A DNA stretch of 63,596 nt, counting the filler, from Basidioascus undulatus (Eukaryota): the NCBI GenBank assembly GCA_000826855.1. It is 6 parts of 6 records of this genome, joined end to end, with 100 filler letters (N's around TTAATTAATTAA, not from the genome) between each part and the next. Parts side by side here need not be neighbours in the genome. Positions count along the whole stretch, not along the records: positions 34,894 to 41,996 come from JTLS01001613.1; positions 42,097 to 49,198 come from JTLS01001614.1; positions 49,299 to 56,398 come from JTLS01001615.1; 3 more parts are not named here. One strand, written 5' to 3'. The notes beneath the pieces are model-generated. The model made no database searches, was not told where the DNA came from, and was given only the letters and a program-made list of their open reading frames with translations. Below, piece after piece: positions 38,484 to 50,090 of this stretch; the stretch's first letter is position 1; each line of letters begins with the position of its first letter. Made by a program: the position numbers and the translations under genes.

Positions 38484-41400
38484 TGAAGCGCGATGTCGTG
38501 AAGGTCATCGGGGTTCGTTGAAGAAATCGTGGTTGGGAAGTCAAGCGGTGGGGTCACGCTTCTGTTAACCGTTTTATACGTGCGGTGGTTCTGAGCATAC
38601 ACCTTGAGCGAGGACCGGACGTAGATCGACATCGTGTAGGAATGTCGAAACCACGCCATCCCACCCGTGCGCTTTCTATATTTGCGCAACCTGAGGAGAT
38701 GACAAGGTCCGAATGTCCGAAGCATATGGGATACCCCTTACCCTTTGCCAGTCGTTGAGCTTCAGCCTCCCGCAAAGGGAGGCTTTGAGGCCTGTCAGAT
38801 CGCAGGAAGCACGAGCGCCACATTGCCGACTGTGCTCTGCTTTCAGGTCGCTTTGGATGCCCTCCCCTGCAAAGAAACAGCAAGGTACACAATGTACCTC
38901 ATTTGAAGGATCAAATGTGGGGATGCTGGCAGTCTGCCCTTGTTGAACAGGAGAACGCTTGAAACGGCGGAGAGGAGCATGTAACTATAGCACTCTAGCC
39001 GGCCTCTGGAGGGCGGTTGCCCCGTTGCCCCGTTGCAGGAGCTGATAATGACTGTTGCCGAGAGTTCAGGCTTAAGCTTGGACCTACATCTTACAGGGCT
39101 TCTAAATATTGGAATTGACGAGAAGAGAGGAAAGCAGGTCTCCGCTGCCGGGGAAACTAAGCTGCAGCATTTTTGTCTGAGCCCATTTCCCACTGCCCTG
39201 TACGGGGCGTACTACAGCTTCTCACAAATTCAGGCCGCCAGAGACAATACAATTACACAGTTGAGACTCTTGTGCAAGCAATGGTAGTAGCGATGCCTCC
39301 CACTGATCGCTGAACGGAAGGGGGTGTAACTCAAGGTCGGAGCAATCACCGATTCCTTGTTGCCACGAACGGGTCAGAACAACGGAAGGGATTCTGGATA
39401 ATTAAACCAACACCCGCAGTCTGTAAACACACTCAAGCACTTGGAGGGCTGAAAGTCCGAAATGATGTTGGCGCAAAGTCTGTGGACGCCAGCGGGAAGT
39501 TGACATTGCCGGTCGCAGGGAACACGAAGAAATCAATAGGAGGCCCAGGGAGAACTATAATCCGAAGGGTTTCAAATTTCAGTCGATTATGGGTGTGCCA
39601 AGTGGATCAGAAGCGAGTCCAGAGGTCGGGGCAAAGTTAGCCTCCGGACGGGTTGGCAGCGAGTGGACGCTCGGTTACAATCCAGTGGACATTCAGATGA
39701 TCTTTAAGAATGAGAACACCATAAGGGGAAAGTTGATGTGCTTCCTCTTCCCCATTTCAGGTACAGGACCAGTCTGGCGCTGCGTTGCGATGCACTAGAA
39801 GCGAATGTTCCGAACCCGCGCCACAACGGCGTGCCACATCGATGGCCTCTTAAATTCGATAAGCAAGAGAGTACCGCTCTAATTCATAGCTATTGCGAAG
39901 TTCCAGTAAGTCAAAAGAAGTTGGTCTTCACTCAGAAAGAACGGTTAAGCATGTTTTTGCACAGTCAGACAGGGTTGGTCGAGAAGATCCATATCGTTTC
40001 TCCCAGAATGAGGGAGCCCTAAAAGACCTTAAAGCACGGGAGGAGCATGGACGACATAATTCCTTCCAAGGCCTTCACCCACACCGACACAAGTCAATAA
40101 ACACGAGATGGCGCTACCAGGAGAGCGGTGGCAATTTCCCCTGTCCCTCATTGATATAATTCTCAATGCTTCAACCAGAACCTGCATAATTTTTTATACA
40201 ATAAGGCTTAGGATACGGGATTCGGTTTCCTTGCTACGGATCTAAGAGCACACTCCCCCTGAGCACCTCAGCAGAACGTCGCTGTGGCACACGTGTTGGT
40301 AAGGACCTGAAACGGTGTGCACCGTGTGCTGTCAGTCCACCATGTTTGAAAGCATGTTCAGCAAAAGTTTCCTATACAAAGTGGCTTTATATCCACGTTA
40401 GCAATCAGATACCTGGCAAGCGACAACGCCTCGAGGTTCAAGTTTCTTTACACTGGTTTTCCCTCGGGAAACCACCAGACTGTCACATTTCTCTCTCTAT
40501 CAGGCATCGAGGTATCAGGGGACACAACATGAAACCTGCAAAAATTACCTGATATCTTTGCTTGTCAAAGTTATTTTTCAGATAAGTATTTCAACACTGG
40601 AACAAACACGCGTAGGTTCTTTAGCTCATCTGGGAGAGCGTCAGATTGAAGTCCTGAAGGTACCGTGTTCAATCCACGGAAGAACCAAACCATTTCTTTT
40701 ACTCTGGCAGTCTGATTGTCAGCTGAGCATCGACCCCCACCACCACTGCCTTTTTTTTTTTGCTTGAAACATGCATGGTGGCTTCATTCCTTTTCCTGTG
40801 GTCGATTGTAATGCGCGCACGTGTTGACACAGTAGGGCACTTACAGCTTTGAACCTTTTTTGTGCTCTCTGTATCCTTCTGACAGCTCCAGTATTTGCCA
40901 CCTGAGGAACACTAGGGCATAATGTTTTCCTCGCTCAGGCAGACCCAGACGCAGCTTGCCGGGGCAAGTATGGCGGGGCAGACCAATTTCAACACACACT
41001 GTGTCTTGCCCAGTTGCCCATGGCGAAAGCGACATACTGCTGGGAGAACCTCTCGAGCACTAGGAATTTTGATGTATTTCACCTGGGTGCATGCTTACTT
41101 TGCTTCCTGAACAACAACTATCTCCTCGGCATGCAGGCCCTGTTGGTCTGTTGGCCAGCTCTTGCGAGGCGGTATTGCCAGCGGATGGGTGGGCCTTCGA
41201 TTTCGTAAGTCTGCCGTAACTGATACATTCTGTTTTAGGCTGAACAGACACAGCGGTGACCAAGAGCTGTTACAATGAAGGTGAGCCCAACGCAGCGTCG
41301 CAAGATACAAGGTTGCAAAGGCCGGCTACGCTCCTGCTTGCCTTCTCTCCCGTGATTTACGAGGAGAAAAACTAAACATGACTCGAAGTTATCGGTTTTC

Positions 41401-41996
41401 ATCTCTGCCTCGTCGGTTGTCCCGGCAGCGTTGTGCGTTCTGCACTGCCGGCTCCCTCCCCCTGTCCTTCGCAGCCCCTCAGCCCTCCGCCCTACAACTC
41501 TGAGTCGGCGCTTCCAAATTTGACTAGGGCCGCTGGAATTTCACGTCAGCCATCGAGAGCTTGCGCTGGTGAAGTCGTTGATAAAGTGTAGCGAGAGCCG
41601 CAGAAAGTCGCGACAGGTGCCGAGTTACGCGCTGTGGCGCCTCATCTCCACACCTCTTAACGGGAACCTGAGGAGAACACCTTTTCGGTCTGCCCTAATG
41701 CCCACAAACCCTTGCCTACATTTGCCGAACACCAACAGGCTCGGCCTTGCGGTGGCCAGCGGTGGAATAATGTCTTCCACCCAAGCTCACTTCGATATGC
41801 GAACGCCACTCAAGCTGAGGAGTCTTCCCTGTTCCCAAACGGGAATAAACAGAACGAGTATAAATAATGCGATTAAGATGCAGCACGGTCGAAGCGGAGA
41901 CTTTCGCCCCAGACAAGCACGGCATGCAGGTCCCTTTTCAGTCTCCGCCCCACTCCCACTACCACTCGTACACCTCTAGCTCCCCCCCCCCCTGGT

Positions 41997-42096
41997 NNNN
42001 NNNNNNNNNNNNNNNNNNNNNNNNNNNNNNNNNNNNNNNNTTAATTAATTAANNNNNNNNNNNNNNNNNNNNNNNNNNNNNNNNNNNNNNNNNNNN
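41997..42096. other. Artificial contig linker
   Basis: N + TTAATTAATTAA + N, 100 nt. Confidence 0.98.
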
Positions 42097-42260
42097 CACT
42101 CCTCTCCGCCTCACGCAGTCTCGCGCTCACTTCTTGGCGACTGCATAGGATCATCGAGCCCTTCTTGTACAAAGACGTCAGCGTGGACGACAGGCGCATA
42201 GTACTACTCGCTCGTACTCTACAGGAAGGCCGAGAATTACTTAGGAACACACATCCACTC
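42097..42260 (+). pseudogene. F-box-like fragment
   Basis: SLALTSWRLHRIIEPFLYKDVSV..LLARTLQE, then runs into the opposite-strand remnant. Confidence 0.5.
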
Positions 42261-43138
42261 ACTCGAAGTCGATAAAAGATCCAAGCTCCACGTACATGTC
42301 TATTATAGTCAAATTAGTGAGAGATTCCTGTGAGTTCAGAAGTCCCCAGTGCAGCATGGCGCCGTCCAGGTGGAATGGCGCGGCAGCATGGGCCCCAATG
42401 GACAAGCGACAGAGCGCGTGCGGAATGAAGAGCAGGAGCTGAATGAGGATGCTTGGTTCCAAACCGTCTGTTGTCCGGTGCATAAAACTGAGGTTGGTGA
42501 CGCGTGAAGTACTACGGAGTGCTTCGAGCACACTGGGGTCCACCTCCTCTTCAACTTCGATATCGAACGAAAGCCACTCGAGTGAAAGCGTGAGAAGGGA
42601 GGGAGAGAAAAACAAGGAAGAATTCTGCGTTGGGTGATTCCTTCGGGGCTATCAGTAAGATGGAGCGTGCTCAGAGAGCGGAGGCCTTGAGCGAGCGATA
42701 CCAGAGCTGCGCAAAGCCCGGTAGAAGAGGTGGGCATCGGAAGGCAGCTGCACCTCGAGCGCATGAAGCTTCGGCAAAATCTCAAGAAGGGCGACGACTC
42801 TAGCCGAACCGTCTCTCGTCTGGAGAGCCCCGGGCTCTGCAATCGTTGTCGTAGTCAAGGTCGAGTTCGAGTCCGTCTCCTCGACGATCGGGTTGACTGA
42901 GAGAGTGGCCGCGTCGGCCGACTCGACATGGAGCCTGTCCACCAGCTTGCCGACCCTCTGGAACGCATGTAAACTGGGTACAAATAAACTCTATATCCTC
43001 GTTGGAGAGCTTAGGGCATCTATAAATCAGTGGGTGGAGTCGGTGGGAGACGAGCGAGTCGAGGCGGGCAAGGTCAGCGGCTTCAGAGACGTGCGAGGCG
43101 ATCTCCGCAAGTTTCTCGTTAGGAAAGACGTTGAGTGA
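42259..43138 (-). pseudogene. F-box/LRR-like pseudogene
   Basis: SLNVFPNEKLAEIASHV..LVSHRLHPLIY, frameshift, GKLVDRLHV, LLEILPKLHALEV, stop, VTNLSF..SQESLTNLTI. Confidence 0.55.
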
Positions 43139-44681
43139 GAGCTTTAATTTGAATTATATGGGGCAGTGAGATATGGGGAGTTTGTAATAGCGAGCTGAGT
43201 ATTGCGAAGCTGATGGGGGGAACAAGTGAAGGGCTAGGGCGCGGTTATCGTGCACGCACAGGGGTAGGTCTCGGAACTTCTCCTCCTGGAGCGAGGTCAA
43301 AGTAAAAATTATAGCTTCCACGAGCTTGGTTCCATGCAGGTCGATAAACCGCGCTTCCATCTACTCGTGTTATTCGTAAAAGCGAGGTGATGCCGGTGTT
43401 GCATGTGTAATCGTACTCAGCGGTTACTTCGATAGTCGCGTCCATTGCTCTGAGTCGAGACCACCGGCTTAAAAGGTTATAATGCAATATATTGTATTAT
43501 ATTCCATTAAATAGATAACATACGGGGGACTATACACCGGAGATATCGCCAATCTGAGAAAGTGCCGCACATTGCCGTCTTCCCCGTCCTACACGAACGA
43601 CAGCGCCGAGGAGAAGCAAGCGAAATGAGTCCCCGCTAGGAGATCCTTCAAATTGGAGGACCGAGCACCCCTATATGTCTGGCAGAAATGCAGCTCCGAC
43701 TGCGGGACTGAGGCGAGTGAAAGTCTTGAGGTGGAAGGAACACAGTACTCCTCGAGGACCGCAATTTTGGTCCCCCGATAGTACAGGAGGAGGACACTGA
43801 TTTTCATGCTGTATTGTAAGGTCTAATTTCGTCAAGGAAAACGGGCTTGGGCTTGGTCTTTGGTCCTGCGCAATGGAGATGCAAGATTGACATCTTTGGC
43901 CGTCGGTGGCCTTGGGTGGAACATGGAGATTCAACAGACTCACCTTCATCCAGTATCAGAGTGCATAAAGCAAATACTTGAGACCTAATGTGAACCTACC
44001 AAGGGGAATGAGCTTTCACTAGAATGCAAAGCGGCGGTGAAAGCGCACGGGGGAAGTATAATGAGCCCATACGTTACACTATGGGCGGGCATTTCCATGG
44101 GCGAATTGCGACGGTTACGATGGCTAGCGGTGAATGGCTCCCAGACTGAGAAGGAAGCGAGCTTGACGATTACAGGCTCCGTGGTTTCCGTGCCACGCAC
44201 CAACTGTTTTCTACCTTCCTGTCTGCGTTTCTCTCAAACACGATCTATGTGCTTTACGACACAAACAAGCCCGGTGCAGGCAATGAGCCCAAGTCGATGA
44301 GGCCCCGTGGTCAGGTCCACTTGGCCATCCTTGAGCTTCAAAGCCTTACATGAAAACTGTTCAATTTGGTATGATCACGTGTGGCTTTACAGTAATGCTC
44401 CATAAACTTCCCTATATGTATTTCGAATAATAAAGCACTACGGCCAGACAATCCTGCCGAGTTCGAGTTTTATTCGCGAAACGTAAAGCTGCAGCGTGAC
44501 GCGCGATTGCTTTCCGCACCTCGGCAAGGGCTCCGGCCGTCCCCAGCCCGCAGGTCGCCTTCGGACCGCTATCATCCCTCCTCGCCCGACTCGCGTGCCC
44601 GCCGTTGGGGCCGCCGTCGTGGCCATCTCCCAAGGCAAACCGAGACCGTCGACTATACCGGCGACGACGAGCACGCCCTCC

Positions 44682-46387
44682 ATGTCGGCAGCGCCCTCGA
44701 CCCCGATCACCTTCAGGGTGCAGCACCCGTACGCCGGCTCGACGAACGCCTCAACCAACGAGCATCCTCTCTTTGAGCTTCGCCATACGCCGTCGCCGTC
44801 CCCGCCAAGGCGTGCTCTACAACCGCCGATCAACCTCGAACCGCCGACTACTCCCCCTCTGTCTCCCTTCGACGAGCTCGTCTCACGCCAGCCTGAGGCT
44901 CAGCGGCCCGGCAACGGCCAAAGCCCGCGCGAGCGCATGAAACGGACTTCCTTGGGACGTGTGCACAGCTTGCAGGACGATGCCGGTCCCGTGGACTTTG
45001 AGGAGGAGGTCACCAATGTTTTGTGGGGGGCGGCTGCTCCGAACATTAATCTCGGGTGAGATCTCTTGCACTTTGGCTCCAAACGTCTCGCTGACATCCC
45101 TTGCTGTTTACTTAGGGGGCGCGGCATCACCTGCATCCCGCGCAAGATCGCAGATCTGCGACTTTTTACCTCCTCCCTGTCCGAACGCCCGCCAACTCCG
45201 CCTGCCTCGCTCTCTACTACCATCCCCTCCATCACTCCTCCGGCATCGCCTCGCATCAGCTCCCCCGGCAACGAGCTTCACCGCTTTGCGGACACCTCAC
45301 CCGCGCCAAGCTTCTTCTCTTCAGTGCAGACCGAGGCCCCTATCATGGGGCGCAGGACGTCCGGCGGCGGCCGACGGCTGCAGGACGAGACGCTTGGCCT
45401 GCTCCTCGCGAACAACCAAATCTCAGTTCTCCCCAGCGCGCTGTTCGCCGTTCACGACCTGGTCACCTTGTCTCTTCGTGCGCACCAATTCGTTAATCAT
45501 TCGGGTACTCGGTTGGGCTGAGATTGCCAGCTTTATAGGTTTCAATCAGCTGGAGGAGCTCCCTCCTGCTATTGCGCAGCTCAGGAATCTTCGAGAGCTC
45601 AACGTCAGCAACAACAAGCTCGTATGTTGGGCCTCTTCCAGTTCCGCTCGGATACATTGCTAATGAGCCACGTTCACAGAAATATCTTCCGGCTGAAATT
45701 CTCACGCTCGATTTGAAGGTCTTCAACCACCACCCTAACCCGTTCTACACGTTCTCCGCCGCACCCCCCGACGCCGCCCAGCCCTCCGCCGTACTCGCCC
45801 GGCCCCACACCATTCTCCTTGACCCATCGTTCCCACCTGTTACCCGCTTCCTCTCGCCCCTCAACCGCCGCGGATCCCGCCGCGTGCCTGCGCTTACCGA
45901 GCTCTGCCTCCGGAGCCTCCTCTCCCCTGCCACCGAAGGACCGGCCAAGCTCGTCCTTAGCTCACTTTATGACGGCTCGGGACCCTCCGAGGACCCCTTC
46001 CAAGTTGGGCAGTACGCGCAGCTTATCAGGGCATTCCGCGTTTCCGCGGAGGACCTGTCATGGGACGGTCTTCCCGAAGACTACGCTGACGACGCGAGCG
46101 AGAACGCCTACTTCAACCGCTCGCCCACGCTCGCAGCGTTTCGCGCGTTCAACCCCGCCCGTGCGTCCTCGTCAGCGGACGGCGCTCCGCTGCGCTTTGA
46201 GGGCGGGCAGTTCTGCGACGTCGCGGAGGAGCGTTTCGAGTGGGTGCAGAAGCTGCCCGGCAAGCCGCGGTTCGGCGCGTGGCGAACGGATGCAGAGGGG
46301 ACGGTGATCGCGCCGGGCTACGCATGGGTCCCCGTTCGTTGGAGGAGCGGGCAGAGTGGCACCCTGCTGCTGGAGGACGAGGAGTAG
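44682..46387 (+). CDS. Leucine-rich-repeat protein
   Basis: LLLANNQISVLPSALF, LSLR|FNQLEELPPAIAQLRNLRELNVSNNKL|KYLPAEI, VPALTELCLR. Confidence 0.85.
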
Positions 46388-47644
46388 AGGGGGGAGGAGG
46401 GATCTCATTCGCAACGCATACACATCGCATACTCATTGTCGTCTTGTACTTTTCTCTAATTTCTGCATCTCCTGCAATTTCGCTTCGCAACATCGTGTAC
46501 AATGTATAAGAAGCGCTCGAACAATTCCCTGGGGCATACAGCCGACTGCAAAGCCCCTCGCGCATGCAAACCAGACTCTATGATTGCCAGTCGCAGCTAA
46601 CGAAGTACGATGATAACGTCCGTCTAGCTCGGACTCGGCCCACAGTGTCATTGAGTCCGCAACTACCTCTCGCAGGTCCCGATCCGTAACAGCGTGCTGC
46701 TCCCGTTGTCTGCAGGTTTCCGTTCAGCCTCGTAATTTTCTTACTCGCGGGCAATGCATACGATGGATTCTAAAAGAGACCCAAGGTACAGATCATATTT
46801 ATTAACAGATATCGTGGATGTCAGACAGGCGAGACTGACCAGTAAGGGGAGACATCCTTGCACCCACAGTGTTATCGCAGCACGGCAACCATACCTCACG
46901 AGAACTCGCACTGACGAGTCATGAGGAATCATTAAAAAATTAAATTGAATTGAGTGGCTTGATCGGTGTGCGCAAAGCTGAAGCAAGCTGAAAGTCGTCA
47001 GAAAGCACGACGCGTGAGCTTCAACCGGCTGTAATGGCCCGCTGGAGCTGTTGACGTTCAGCGGAATGAACGGAGGGCCTTTCAGAGTGCTTAGCTAGTG
47101 TGATGTAACTTGAACTGTTGTTCTGGAATGAGGCAACTTGTACAAGCACTGTCAAAGAGCGCACACCTGATCAAGCATGTACCGTACATCAAGCTTTCCA
47201 GTGAATATCCTTCGCTAGCTGTGCTTAACTTTGTCGCCTCTGTACATTCTGTCCAGTACACCCTCTACTGTATCATACATCCCTGGGGTTCCATGACTTC
47301 GAGGTTTTGCTGATGTGGAGCACTCGAGTCGCCGGCTCGACGCACCGAGCATCGCCTCGTCTGGTGCACCGCTACTGACTTCGGGCTGATCTGATCGCTC
47401 GACCTGAGGTTCTCCCGCTTTACTTTATGAATTCCTGTACTTGATAATTGAAAGCATCGGGATTTATAGAACAAATCTGCTGTACAAGTGTCGTTTCTTT
47501 CGCTCTTTCGAAATCACGACATCACGTGCAAATAATCGCGACTTCAATTCAGGCGCGTGTTGCGGAGACGCGTCTTCTTCCTTGCTCTTCCCGCGGCTCA
47601 TTTTCTCGTTCCCGGGTTAACGTCGCGCAGCCCTCATCGTCGAT

Positions 47645-49198
47645 ATGGGCAAGCAAAAGTATTACGCTGTATGGAACGGACGGGCGGGGAAACCTACGGT
47701 ATACACCACCTGGTTGGTCTTGCCGTGACCAGTTCTAAAGCTCTCCCAATCCTTCGCAGGCTGATTGGATGGCGACGGGGTAGGTCGGAGACTGAGGCGA
47801 TGGTATGCGTTTAGCTAGAGAATTCAGACACGCGTGGTTCAACACACAGACATGATAACAGACTAAAGGCGTACTTGGGATCAAGCACAAGTCGTTCCCG
47901 ACAAGGGAGGAGGCGGAGCTCTGGCTTCAGCAGGTCCCTAAGATGGCCAGCGGTCCAGGTAAGCCTTTTCTGCAGTCGATAGAACCGCAGTATACTGAAC
48001 CCAGTGGACACGGACTGCGTGCAGTGGCCGGGATTAAGAGGAAGAAGCCTGCGACCAAGAAGGGTGCGAATCTCCGTTCTCGTTCTGGTCGATCCGCTGA
48101 ACCCTTACCCGCAGCGAAGGAGAACACGCCATCGGTGCTTCAATACTTCCGAGCGGCTTCCCCTTCTACTCCTCTCGGCGCTTCACCTCGTCCTTCGCGC
48201 ATCCTCGATGCCCTTGACGCCGCTTTCGACGTCTCTGTCGGCGCTCCGATGCCCAAACCATCTACCTCCCCCCGCCCCGCACGCCAGGACGACTTCATCG
48301 ACCTATCGTCGGACGACGAAGGGGACTCGTCGGCCGGGCTATCTTCTTCGAGCGCTCGCGATCCGCCTCTGTCGAAGGAGCAGGCTGCCATCAGACGGCT
48401 CGTCGTGGATGCAGGGCAGTCCGTCTTCTTCACTGGCTCTGCGGGTAAGTTTATGCTCGTTTGAAGGGGGGGTAGCATCGCTGATTTTCCGCTCTTGATG
48501 AACAGGCACTGGGAAGTCCTTACTCCTCCGGTCGATCATCTCGGGCTGCAAGCACAAGTACGGCTCTCATGCTGTGGCTGTCAGTGCGTCGCTTGCTTTT
48601 CCCTCTAAGCGAAGCGACCGCATGCTTACCTAGAGCCGCACCGGACTTCAGCGGCCTCGACTGGAATCGCAGCGCAGGCTATCGGCGGTACCACCATTCA
48701 CAGCTGGTCAGGTGCGTCGCTCGATGTTACCTGCTGTGTGAGGGAGCCGCTAAGTACTATGGCACGCAGGCATCGGCTTCGGAAATGGCGGAACTGCTGC
48801 GGTGATCGCGTGCGGTGAGTTTACGGATGGCTTTTATATCCGGCCCCAGCCCCTGACACGCACCTTCGACAGTTCGGCATAATCGCAAAACGCGCGACAG
48901 GTGGAAGGAAACTCAAGTGTGCGTAGCTCAACCGACCTGAATTAGCTCGTGACCTGAGCCTTGATACCGCAGAATCATCATCGACGAGAGTGCGGGGTCA
49001 TTTGTGGAATGCATTTATGCAGAAGTTGACACACATCGGAACAGTTTCGATGCTGGACGCCAAGCTCTTCGAGCTCTTATCGGAGGTCGGGCGGGCCATG
49101 CGGAGTTCATCACGACCATTCGGCAGCATCCAGGTCCGCATGGCTCCTGTTGACTCTCCCTGTTGACGAAACATGGACCCTTACGCATGCCAACCCAG
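47645..49198 (+). CDS. Pif1-family SF1B helicase with N-terminal RNase H1 hybrid-binding (Cauli_VI) domain; 3' truncated by contig end
   Basis: MGKQKYYAVWNGRAGKPTVYTTW|SETEAM|TKGVLGIKHKSFPTREEAELWL, then LSKEQ..SVFFTGSAGTGKS, VAVTASTGIAA..IGGTTIHSWSGIG, IIDEISMLD and RPFGSIQ. All nine junctions are GT-AG and in frame. Confidence 0.9.
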
Positions 49199-49298
49199 NN
49201 NNNNNNNNNNNNNNNNNNNNNNNNNNNNNNNNNNNNNNNNNNTTAATTAATTAANNNNNNNNNNNNNNNNNNNNNNNNNNNNNNNNNNNNNNNNNNNN
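49199..49298. other. Artificial contig linker
   Basis: N + TTAATTAATTAA + N, 100 nt. Confidence 0.98.
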
Positions 49299-49518
49299 CC
49301 AGTCCTCCGCCGTCCTCGCCCTCCAGGAGGCCTCCGAGGCCTACCTTGTCTCGCTTTTCGAGGACACGAATGTTAGTATAATGTTATTATACACGAATTT
49401 ACGAAAGTCAATACTGACAAATACCTTCCTCCAGCTCGCTGCCATTCACGCAAAGCGTGTCACCATCCAGACCAAGGACATCCAGCTCGCCCGCCGTCTC
49501 CGTGGCGAGCGTCTCTGA
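49299..49518 (+). CDS. Histone H3, 3' end
   Basis: [51 protein letters not shown]. Confidence 0.95.
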
Positions 49519-50090
49519 GCGCTTTCCATCTGAGCTGCGGCATTCCCCTCTTGTACCACATACGTTTCTGAGGTTGTATTAGTAGGTTTTGATGATTGAA
49601 AGAGCTTCGATCGTCCGTTTTCGTGTGTTGTCGTCTGCGGCTTCACGGGTTGTTTGGTCAACTCAAGGGAAGACCGTCCAGTTAAATTGTGCTGTAACTT
49701 GAAACCAACCACGAGCATACTCAAATTTATTCTCTTGTGGTCGGCCCATGAATGCATGGGAGTGCAGTGTTTGTGAAACTGCTTGCGGAGAGGCAGGCAC
49801 GACGCTGTTGCACTTTTGCGCATGCTGAAACCGCTCCAAGAAACAAGAGGTAGTTACAGTGTGGAACTGAGCGGTTATAAACGTAAGGCTGTTTCAACAC
49901 ACGTAAAAAAGAAAAAGAAAACCCCTGCTGATAGAAAGCAATGAGAACAAAGCCGCATGTTGTCTTCGAGAAGGCACGTACCTAAACGTGACCGTGACGC
50001 CAGCCGGCATCGCACAGGCAGCTCCGCGCATACAACCAAGATCCACACATGCGCAAGACGTATAGAATAAAGCAACCGATAGTGTCAGAT

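Noticed and set aside
47027..47300. SRP RNA, because GGCTGTAATGGC resembles the fungal Alu-domain start
   Set aside because: I found no helix-8 (domain IV) motif, long closing helix or poly-T terminator downstream.
22655..49198. A telomere-maintenance cluster (TEN1, telomere-like repeat, Pif1)
   Set aside because: The three elements lie on different contigs joined by artificial linkers.
47645..49198. Pif1 as part of a Helitron or other transposon
   Set aside because: No HUH Rep domain upstream, many introns, cellular-type motifs (FFTGSAGTGKS) and no element termini seen. The missing 3' end leaves slight doubt.
49299..49518. CENP-A/Cse4
   Set aside because: SLFEDTNLAAIH and the RGER terminus are canonical H3-like.
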